Assembly (NCBI GenBank): GCA_030141605.1
Contig: JAQGDQ010000062.1
Span: 1-64,000, forward strand
From: Tubiluchus corallicola
Taxonomy: Eukaryota > Animalia > Priapulida
Reading direction: 5' to 3'
Length of the DNA stretch: 64,000 nt
Shown in pieces: positions 52,046 to 61,637 of this stretch. A program made the position numbers and the translations under genes. Positions within the stretch are counted from its first letter, which is position 1. Each line of letters starts with the position of its first letter. Under the pieces are notes generated by a model. That model searched no databases and was not told the origin of the DNA. It saw only the letters and a list, made by a program, of their open reading frames with translations.

Positions 52046-54592
52046 GGTGTTTCCGTGTGTGTTGTACATGCCACCTTTCCGCCCGAAGGTGGTATTTTGG
52101 ATGTACTTAACGGCGCATCAGCCATTGGAGAGCTTGAGGCATTTCGTGGCTCAGCGTTTCGTGGAATCGGTGGTCCACCTCCAACTTTAGGTGGCGACCC
52201 AAGGAATTTCAAGGTGCAAACATATTCATATAATCAACCGTATGGACGCAGCAGTGGAAGTGGCTATCGGTATGATAACAAAAAAGGGCCTATTGAATAC
52301 AGTTACAGCAACAAAATGGTTAACAATCAGCCACCGCAACATCAGTATCACTCTAATGGATATAAAGCTGAAGACCTTCAGCAGAATTACAGGTACCCTG
52401 TAAACCAGTACCATCAAACGGGAAGGTCGCAACAGTTTAATGGGCATCCAATTCACAATGGTCAGCAAAATCAGTTCTATCGTCACAATTCTGGTCGCGG
52501 ACGGCGAGGTGCTGCAGACCTTCGAGCACGTAATTATGGTCGTCCAGTAAATGTCGGTCATCAAGTATATGACACACAGCCTATTAGTAGACATCCTCGG
52601 ACTGATCGTCAGCAAAATTACCCAAATTTGCGTAGACCACATCAGGGTGCTCCAGTGCCTTATCAAGGAACTGTGTCTAAAAGCAGTGGCCCAAATTTAG
52701 CAATGGAAAACAAGCAGGACAATACAATAGGTGCATTTGACATACCAACCTTAGATATATCTGGCCCAAGATCTGCACTCACTCCTGCCAGTGGCTATGG
52801 GTCCATAGATCCAATGACAAAGTTTGGAGCGTACCCTGGTGGAGGAAGCAGCAGCTACAGCATTCCTGGCGGGACAGGACCTAGTTTTGGCTTTGGATCG
52901 GCTGTTGGTCCTGGAGATTTTGGAGGAATGTATCAAAACTATGGACCGCCTGGAGGCATGAATCCAATGGGTTCGTATTCAAAACACTTTGGACCTATGC
53001 ATTTTCAAACAGTAGGTGCTGACTTGCAGCAGCACGACATAGTGAATCCTCAAGGAGGGTTTGACCCAATGCCTTTTGACAAGTATGGGCCAGATGGTGG
53101 TTACAATGAACCTCCTAAGGACACTCAAGCCCCACAAATGCAAAGCCCACCAAGACCGAGTGGGCAAGGTACATATGGTCGTGAACAAAGTCCAACAGCT
53201 TATTCAAAACCAAATTATAGAATTTTGGGAGGAACACAATACAAGATTGAAATTCCAGGTACAACTGTGCTGTATGTGGAAACTACACAAGCACCGGATG
53301 TGTTAAAGGGAAATGACACAGGACTCAACTTGAAGCAATATTCGCCTAATGCAATTAGTCGACAAGGTTATCCTGCTGATTATCCAACTGCACTGGTGCC
53401 AAGCATCCAAGAACATAAATTTACAGCTTATCAGAAAAGAGAACCAGTTAGTTACCTTACAAATAACCAACAAGCTGGTGGTGAAATACATTCCAATCAA
53501 ATAATAAAGCCAAGTATAGCGGATCAGAGACACATTCCGAATTACTATTCAGTACAGCCAAATAATTACAAAACAAGTCAGCCCATAACTTATAACGAAC
53601 AACAACAACCGCAGCCAAAAGGTTATCGTTCGACGCCGCAAGGATCGCCGGGAAACCAGATCGGCTATCACCCGCAGCAGCCTCCACTCGTACAAACCCG
53701 ACAAACAGGACAGACACCGCAAACAAGATATCCAGCAGCACAACCAATTAGATACTCGCAGACTCAGCCAGTGGCCTATTCTCAGACACAGCCAACAGGA
53801 CACATACAAGCACAGTCAAGTGGATACTCGCAGACTCAGCCAGTGGCCTATCCTCAGACAAAGTCAACAGGACACATACAAGCACAGTCAAGTGGATACT
53901 CGCAGACTCAGCCAGTGGCCTATTCTCAGACACAGCCAACAGGACACATACAAGCACAGTCAAGCGGATACCCAAAGACGCAGTTGGTAAGTTATCCCAA
54001 GTCTCAGTCAACAAGTTATACTCAAGTACAGCCAACTGGGTACCAAACAAGACAACCAGTAACTTATCCATCTGAAAGCAGTAGTGGTCAATATTCAATC
54101 CAACCCATTACAACAAACGCGTATAGAAGAGAAACTCAAGGCAACTACCAGCAACATTTACCAGTCTCTCAACCTATTGGGCATCCGCAGAATCAAAATA
54201 AATACCCAGCTAGGCAACTGGGTAACCAACAGGTACAACAGCCGTTGAAAGCAGGGCCTCAAGTTGCTCATCCACAAGCTTTACCAGTTCAGTCACCGCC
54301 AATGTATCTGCATCAAAGACCATCATCAGTTTCTTCTGGTCGTGATCCAAACGCGTATTACACAAGACAAACCGCAGGGAAAACAGCTAACATGCAAAGC
54401 ACAAACAGATATCCTCAGGGTAAAATACCGCCATCATATCAAGGAAGGGTTCCTTCAGCTGAATACCAAACCCCTTACAAAAGCTTATCACCTAGAGCTG
54501 GTCAGACACGTCCAAACCTAAGGATTGCAAGTCTGATGCCTGCAAAAGAGCGACCGCCATTACCACTTCCAGCAGGTTCTGCAAGAGTTTAA
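52046..54592 (+). CDS. Secreted G/P/Y/Q-rich protein A, main exon (~860 aa total)
   Basis: The acceptor ttttcgttag joins in frame to give MLPISSLNFLVL|GVSVCVVHA-TFPP. It is open for 848 codons, the mature chain has no Cys, and a 24-aa repeat occurs three times (53753-53968). Paralog of protein B; AATAAA at ~55233. Confidence 0.92.
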   Translation, partial: GVSVCVVHATFPPEGGILDVLNGASAIGELEAFRGSAFRGIGGPPPTLGGDPRNFKVQTYSYNQPYGRSSGSGYRYDNKKGPIEYSYSNKMVNNQPPQHQYHSNGYKAEDLQQNYRYPVNQYHQTGRSQQFNGHPIHNGQQNQFYRHNSGRGRRGAADLRARNYGRPVNVGHQVYDTQPISRHPRTDRQQNYPNLRRPHQGAPVPYQGTVSKSSGPNLAMENKQDNTIGAFDIPTLDISGPRSALTPASGYGSIDPMTKFGAYPGGGSSSYSIPGGTGPSFGFGSAVGPGDFGGMYQNYGPPGGMNPMGSYSKHFGPMHFQTVGADLQQHDIVNPQGGFDPMPFDKYGPDGGYNEPPKDTQAPQMQSPPRPSGQGTYGREQSPTAYSKPNYRILGGTQYKIEIPGTTVLYVETTQAPDVLKGNDTGLNLKQYSPNAISRQGYPADYPTALVPSIQEHKFTAYQKREPVSYLTNNQQAGGEIHSNQIIKPSIADQRHIPNYYSVQPNNYKTSQPITYNEQQQPQPKGYRSTPQGSPGNQIGYHPQQPPLVQTRQTGQTPQTRYPAAQPIRYSQTQPVAYSQTQPTGHIQAQSSGYSQTQPVAYPQTKSTGHIQAQSSGYSQTQPVAYSQTQPTGHIQAQSSGYPKTQLVSYPKSQSTSYTQVQPTGYQTRQPVTYPSESSSGQYSIQPITTNAYRRETQGNYQQHLPVSQPIGHPQNQNKYPARQLGNQQVQQPLKAGPQVAHPQALPVQSPPMYLHQRPSSVSSGRDPNAYYTRQTAGKTANMQSTNRYPQGKIPPSYQGRVPSAEYQTPYKSLSPRAGQTRPNLRIASLMPAKERPPLPLPAGSARV

Positions 54593-57580
54593 TACGGTGC
54601 CTTCAGAACAGTAATGTCAGAATTTTTCTAAGTTTGTTCTAACTGTCGACGCTAGATGGCAGAACGACACAAAGCAAATTGAACTTTCAGGTGTTTGTGC
54701 AACGTCAGAAAATAATACATTAACTGCACTGGATCAAAAAATTCGCCTTATATTAACTAGAACAGTTCACTACTGCTGTATCTTCAACTAATTTATGAAT
54801 GATTGTTGCAAGTGCACTGTGATATGATGTTCTATGTCTGCTGTAAAATTGCTTGTACTGACATAACTTTAATTTTACTAGCTAGAAGTGTGAAAGCACA
54901 CACACTACATATAATATTAATTGTAATTATCATAATTATCATTGTCATTAAACTAATACATACAAAAAGAAGTGATCAAGGATTATTGTGTAGTATGTGT
55001 CATAATTAGAAAAAAACGAACATTTTATTTTTACCTTCAACTTGTTCCTATTCTATTAATTACTGCGTCCCACCCAGCCCACAAGTTTCCAATACCTACC
55101 ACTGACTTTACAATGAGATCTATAAATTATGTTTGTAACTTTTAATGTTGATGTTGTAATTTTGTAATGTTAATTTTGTAATTAACGAATCTGTAAAATT
55201 TTCACTTTAAAGTTAGTCAAGAAAGCTGTTACAAATAAAGAATATTTAAATTTGTCAACAGAAGGTCAATTGTTTTTTTAAAAATTTTTCAATTGAAAAG
55301 ATTGAAATCGCCCCACGAGAAACTACAATGACTACAATGATTATGATGAGTCAGTCACGTCAGACTGGAAAAAGCTTACTAGGAATTAAGTAAAGAAATT
55401 CGGTTATTGCTAATCGGTTATTGCAAACCCATCAAAGTATTTAGAAATTAATAGCTTTCATAGTGGCTTGCAGGCACTGCAATATTAAATATAATTTATA
55501 CCATTTTTTTGACACATTTGTGACATTTTAAAGTTTAATTACGAACAGAACATAACAGTTCTTTAATTAAGTTTTATATTATATATATATATATATATAT
55601 TGTTTTTGACGCATGTATATACATATACATGGATGTATATAAACTCCAATAAAGTTTTTGATGGACATTTATTTTACATATAGCTGACCAACGGTTTCTG
55701 TTGTTCACATAGCTGTCGTTTTTCTGTTCTGTTTTTTCCTTTCTGTACTAAATGTCCTAAATTTTGACATTAGAATAAAAGTTGTTTTCCTCCGGTTTGC
55801 TTGACCCTTCCGCTGCATTCAAAGCGGTTGTAGTGATTTGATTTGTTTCAGCTTTAAGCCGATAAAAATCGTAAGAATTAAAGTTTCCAAATAAACTCTT
55901 TCGTTGTAATTTTGTAACATTTGGGACATTTGTTATAGTATTTGACTGTCAAGTTTTAAGGGTGCAGTCGACTATCTATCCGTTCAATCCAATTCTGGGT
56001 CATAGCAAAACACTCAGCGCACTAACGCGAATCAAACTGGCAAGCTTGCAAATTATTTCTATTCGCCATTTTTCAGAACAAACCTACATAATTTGGCAGC
56101 TGGGCAAAGACTTGCTGATAATATTCATGCTGTGGGCATCACAGAGATTTATCTAAGCAGCAGGGGTCAAAAGATTAAACTCAAATAAGATCTGACAGGA
56201 GCCGCTCAAGAGTAAAGAATGATAAAATCGTTAAATAATTATGATACAGTTGTGCCTGTTTACTTCTTGCAAATGTAGTATATATTTTCTCTTGACACAG
56301 TGGCAAAAAAATTCTGTTCTACTGCCCTGTAATTTTGCAAATCACCGCGAGTTTATCACTGACAGCAATCCGCCTTTTCTCTTAATGAAATCGTCTTTTG
56401 AACGATAAATTGCACACACTGGACAGTACACACAATTTACCTCATAAGTTCTAAGCAGCTGTGTCGGAATAGTATGACATTATGCTTCTAATGTTAATGA
56501 AATGCTTTAAAATAGCTGGTGTTAATTCAATAATAAGTAAGTAAGGACTGCTGCATACACTTTTCCCTGCATTGCGCAGTGAATTATCAGTAATATGTCC
56601 ATAGTGTGACAGAATACGTATTACGTATATTGAAACGAATGATTTAAAATTGTTTTTTCATAGCTAATGTATTAAATTTTGTCTGCCTGTATGTTAGTCA
56701 GTCAGTGTGCATGACTGTTTGTCTGTCTACCTATGGTCGTCTACTTGTCTGTCGTAAATGAATGATTAGATAAAATGATAAAATGATATATGTAATTATC
56801 TTATTATAGGCTTTGCAGTTTTTTCAGTTGGTGTCGGACGTCTTCTGCTTTTCAGAATGAATTTTTTGTTATTTATTATCTGTGTCTGAATTTTTTATTA
56901 TAAAACTAAAATTACTGAAAATCTGTACGAAACGGACTTCTCTGATTGTTAAAATTGAAAAGCAAAAACTGTTCCATGACTATTACAGTTAATTAACCAA
57001 ATACACTATTAAAATCTCTTCACGTGCATCATAATAATCGTTCTCAATAATGTGACATAGCGACAGACCCGAGTTAAAGTGAAAATAAAATAAGATGACA
57101 ACGAAAATGTCCCTCAGATTGGATATGGTTCTTCGACGAATCGTCGTAACTCATTTGTTTAGAAATAAATTGCGCGATGGACCAAGTGTGACGTCACGAG
57201 CATAGGCTTACATCTTGTGGGTCAGTGAAACGAGGTTTGCGATACGCTTCGGTATAGCTGTTTGAGTTTATATATGTAGGTGAAAGTTAACGAATATTAA
57301 TTAATTTGAAAATTGAAATAAGAGATATACGTTTAAAGAGTGATAGAGCCAACAAATAGTGCGCTGTGTGCGACGTACCTTGCCATTACGATTAACGATT
57401 ATCTTGGTTAGGATAAAACGTAATTGTACTATTTTGTTCAGAATTGTTGCATAATTAGACTATTACGGCTATTTGAGATGATGAGTTATTAAGTGTTAAG
57501 TGGATTAGTTATCAAAAACGGCGATTGGGCTAACTCCATCAGCCCAGAAAGTTGACTACTGGTTCCTACAGATTAAAAAG

Positions 57581-57616
57581 ATGGACAACATTGTTTTTTG
57601 TTTCATTTTGACTTTG
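57581..57616 (+). CDS. Secreted G/P/Y/Q-rich protein B, coding exon 1 (first 12 aa of the signal peptide)
   Basis: AAGATGG, MDNIVFCFILTL, then a TTG|GTGAGT donor in phase 0; upstream acceptor cctacag at 57571. Confidence 0.8.
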
Positions 57617-59288
57617 GTGAGTGTATGATTTTGTTTCATAATAATGTTTAGTTAACATGAAATTTTTAAAAAATTCGCTTTGCTCTCACACATTTTCATT
57701 TAGACAGAATTTCGTCGATCACAGAGCAGCATTATATTTTGGAAACTGATTTGCAAACAGTCAAACTACAATTTTTGAAAAAGAATCACTAGAAGCAGTC
57801 GTGAACCGAAGTCATGAAAAGCAGGATGTTTAAAATAGTTTAAAGGCAAAAAGGGCAATGCGGTAGAAAGTTTGCTGAAACATGCGCTCCTAAATTAGAT
57901 GTGCCTTAGTCTAGTAGGTGCAGCTGTTTTTATTGTTATTGGAGTTTTTCTACAGTAACAAAAATAAGCCTAATTTGAGCGTGATGACACAATAAACTTT
58001 TGTGGCTTTTATTAGAGGGAAATGTGACAAAATTTAGCCTATAGATCATGCAAGTCCACTGAAAAATAGATGACCCGTGAAGTACAAACACAATTTGTAG
58101 TCGACTTTTCCTGCTAATAATTTAGTTTTTCACATACGATTAAGTTACCTCATCAGTAAAACAGGTACTAAAACTTTCTTACACAAGGTCGGTAATGTGG
58201 CGTATTGTTATAAATCTTGGTCAGCTCTATACTGAACTGCGGTACTCGAAATTTACAAGCAAGTTTAGCATCTATATTGATGCGAATAATTTTATAAATT
58301 TGGTTTCAAAATTTTGACAAAACGTATCTAATTGTACGCAATAGTATTGAGCCATTTTGCTAAAGTTGGCAGAACGACAATAAAACTGAGTAGGTCACCA
58401 GGTCGTCCAATCTCTCGCGGTCATGCGACACATGACAGTGAAGTTAGCTAATTGACCAACAGACGATGTGCTCTAAATTTTCAAATACAAACAAAACAAA
58501 AATCCTGACTGCGTTAGAGACAATATCCTGATTTTCACTGGATCACTTCAGACTGTTATTTTATAAGCCAGCAGCCGGATTTATCATTGTGGTCATAAGA
58601 ACGTTTGTTATAACAGTTTTACGCAAAAACCAATGAAGTTTGCAAGAAATTTTCAAATATTGTTTATCAGGCGTTTTAGTGAAATTTGCGAAACATTTTA
58701 TGAAAACCCTATATATAAGTTAGGAAGTTTGATAAAATCGCACTTAAGTTTGCGATCCATTGTAAGAATCACCGTTCGTAAGATAATTGATAAATCAGGT
58801 TTTATTTGTTAAATCTGGGTTTTATTATCTTATGTGAAAATGTATAGTGCTTTGATAACGGTGGACGTAGCACGTAGGGACTTTTGATGATGTAGGAACT
58901 TCATTGAATGCCCATATAAGGATGAGATGGAAGACACGCTGTTCGTGGATCAAATATAAAAACGATAAATTTTCCTTCTAAAATTGACGCAAAATTTCAT
59001 TTGTATTAAACAAAAAGAGTAATGTATAAAATGAAAATAAAAAAAAATCGAAAGCGCATTATTAACGTATTTTAAGCACTTTATATGTAACGAAGTATTC
59101 ACGCCACCTGAATTTACTTAGTATACCGAGTTTGCTAGTTATTATTGCTATTCGATTTTGAAGCATTTGAATCACGGAAATCCTTGACAAGTAAAAGTGG
59201 GATAAAATGGGAAGAGTCGTTTTTTCCATATAAAACATTTGCTTATTTTCACGTTATTAGCAAAACTTTCAATAAATGTTATTTTCAG

Positions 59289-61637
59289 TTTGTGGGTTCA
59301 ACACATGCAGATGGCGGTGGAGCGCTGGTCAGTGATTACTTCGGAGAAGATGATGGAGTGTGGAAACCTCCCGGATCTGACTCATCTTTAGAACTTATGA
59401 TGTATTTCCAAAGAAATGCATTTATGGGTTCAGCAGGGCCACCACCTACGGGGCCAGATTATGGCTACGGACCCCCAGGAGGAGATATACCACTGGAGTC
59501 TTATGGAAGCGGGTTGGAGTCAGAACTGGTCAACAGGTACGGACCACCAGATGGCATAGGAGGAAAGCCAACAGAATTTCGGCATCCTGGCCATGAAGGA
59601 TCAGTACGATTTCCAGGTCGAGGCAGCTATCGACCGTCCCATGGCAGAAAAGGACCAATGCCATTTGGATATGCTCAGAACAGTGGTGACTTCATTGGAA
59701 GGCCCAGACAGCAGCAACATGTGCCCCGTGAATATGACCATACCCATTCCACCAGCTCTGAAAAGAACAAGGATTCTAAAGTGGATATGTACGTTCCTAG
59801 CCAAAATGTCCCCAGAATGGGGCCATTTAGGCCAGGGCCAGAAGGAAAAAAGTTCAATTTTATTCCAAATAGATATGGGCCAAATTACGGTACAGGACCC
59901 CAATTTGATTATGGTACTCAGAATGATTTGTTGACAACCAATAAAAGAAGACCAAGTGGGGCCAACAGAAGGCCTCGACAAAATGGCCATTCTCCTGTTA
60001 ACCAAGGCATGGTGTTGGATAATGATGCTGAAGGTGAAGAGAACCGCAGAATAAATGAACAAAATCACAAGTTGGGCTCATCAACCACGGAAGTTCGTCC
60101 GGGTGGATTTGGAGGCCGATTTGGAGGCAGAGATGCTCCACCTGGTTATGGCCCACCTGGTGGGTCCACCATTGAAGGATACGGACCTCCCAAAGGACCA
60201 ACACTAAAGGCATATGGACCAGCAGGCGGACCTAATTATGGTCCTCCAAGTGTTGGATCTTCCTATGGACCACCGAAAGAAAATTTTTATGGTCCACCAA
60301 AAGAAAAAAGTGTATCCACATATGGCCCGTCAGCTAGTGTTGGTAGTTATGGACCACCTGGTAGTTCATCCTATGGAGTACCTGGTAGTTCATCCTATGG
60401 AGTACCTGGTGGTTCAAGTTACGGGCCACCAGGTGGATCAAGTTATGGTCCGCCGGGTGGTTCGGGTCCAGGTAGTTATGGAGCACCCGGTATGTCGGAT
60501 TATGGACCACCAGGTGGCGCTGGTCCTACATTTGGTAGTGGAGTTGCTGCATCACCAGGGTATGGGCCACCAGGTGGAGCTAATCCAATGGGATCCTACT
60601 CACAACAATTTGGGCCTATGCATTTCCAGAAAACTGGCATGGACTTAAACCACAACTATGGAATAGTAAATGCACAAGGGGCATATGATCCAATGCCATT
60701 TGAAAATTATGGGCCTGATGGAGGATATAATGGACCTCCAAAGGATGATAAAGAAGGCCAGGACTCGGGTCCACCAAGTGGCTCACCGTCCAGCGAGTAT
60801 GGCCCACACAAAGGAGGCGGTTACAATGGAAATGCCCCAAGAAAAGATATAAACATATATGGAGGGAACCAGTATAATTATGAAGTGCCAGGTACCACTG
60901 TTGTATTTGGCGCATCAACGGTTCCCCCATACTACCAGTCTCCTGCACAGACTTCCACACATCAAACTGCACAATCACAGTACCCACCAAGCGGACAAGA
61001 AGTTTCTAGACCTGTTTACTCGCAAGGTAGTCAAAGCCGAGCATACGTGCCGGTAGCAAACACAAGAAACCAAAATTATCCAACAAGAAGCGGTACAGCT
61101 TATCCACGTGCGCAAGGAGTAGCATATCCATCCTCTGCTCAGCCTGTATCACAATACAGACAATCTCCCCAACCTATGTCACAATACCAGCAACTGCCAC
61201 AGTATAGGCAACCTACTAAACCTGTAACCCAATACTCACGATCTCCAATTCCATACAGGCAACCTACTCGGCCGGTACCACAGTACACACAACCTACTAA
61301 ACCTGTCACCCAATACTCACAATCTCCAGTTCCATACAGGCAACCTACTCGGTCGGTACCACAGTACTCACACCCACCACAACAGTACAGGCAACCTACT
61401 CAAACAACACCACAATACTCACAGCCATTACAGCAATATAGACAACCTGTTCAATCAGCACCCCAATACTCACAACCACCACCACAGCATAGGCAATCTA
61501 TTCGACCTACGTCACAGTACCCACAGCAACAGTACAGGCAACCTATTCAAGCAACACCACAATACTCACAACAGCAATATAGACAACATGCTCAACCAGT
61601 GCCCCAGTACTCACAACCGTCACAGTACAGGCAATAA
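59289..61637 (+). CDS. Secreted G/P/Y/Q-rich protein B with resilin-like YGPPG repeats, main exon (~794 aa total)
   Basis: The acceptor attttcag joins in frame to give MDNIVFCFILTL|FVGSTHA-DGGG. It is open for 782 codons with ~15 YG[PVA][PAS] units, the domain shared with protein A, and C-terminal QY[RS]QP repeats. Confidence 0.92.
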   Translation, partial: FVGSTHADGGGALVSDYFGEDDGVWKPPGSDSSLELMMYFQRNAFMGSAGPPPTGPDYGYGPPGGDIPLESYGSGLESELVNRYGPPDGIGGKPTEFRHPGHEGSVRFPGRGSYRPSHGRKGPMPFGYAQNSGDFIGRPRQQQHVPREYDHTHSTSSEKNKDSKVDMYVPSQNVPRMGPFRPGPEGKKFNFIPNRYGPNYGTGPQFDYGTQNDLLTTNKRRPSGANRRPRQNGHSPVNQGMVLDNDAEGEENRRINEQNHKLGSSTTEVRPGGFGGRFGGRDAPPGYGPPGGSTIEGYGPPKGPTLKAYGPAGGPNYGPPSVGSSYGPPKENFYGPPKEKSVSTYGPSASVGSYGPPGSSSYGVPGSSSYGVPGGSSYGPPGGSSYGPPGGSGPGSYGAPGMSDYGPPGGAGPTFGSGVAASPGYGPPGGANPMGSYSQQFGPMHFQKTGMDLNHNYGIVNAQGAYDPMPFENYGPDGGYNGPPKDDKEGQDSGPPSGSPSSEYGPHKGGGYNGNAPRKDINIYGGNQYNYEVPGTTVVFGASTVPPYYQSPAQTSTHQTAQSQYPPSGQEVSRPVYSQGSQSRAYVPVANTRNQNYPTRSGTAYPRAQGVAYPSSAQPVSQYRQSPQPMSQYQQLPQYRQPTKPVTQYSRSPIPYRQPTRPVPQYTQPTKPVTQYSQSPVPYRQPTRSVPQYSHPPQQYRQPTQTTPQYSQPLQQYRQPVQSAPQYSQPPPQHRQSIRPTSQYPQQQYRQPIQATPQYSQQQYRQHAQPVPQYSQPSQYRQ

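Noticed and set aside
57188-57197. Palindromic CRE GTGACGTCAC upstream of gene B (others at 4937, ~47227, ~63796 and inside Helitron copies)
   Set aside because: Several occurrences lie in repeats; there is no independent evidence of function.
59145-59288. N-terminal 48 aa of the 830-aa ORF (and the GTG start at 52055)
   Set aside because: Intron read-through or a non-ATG start; the spliced models give proper signal peptides.
52191-61056. Many overlapping short ORFs in other frames and strands of the two large genes
   Set aside because: Shadow ORFs caused by biased codon usage.
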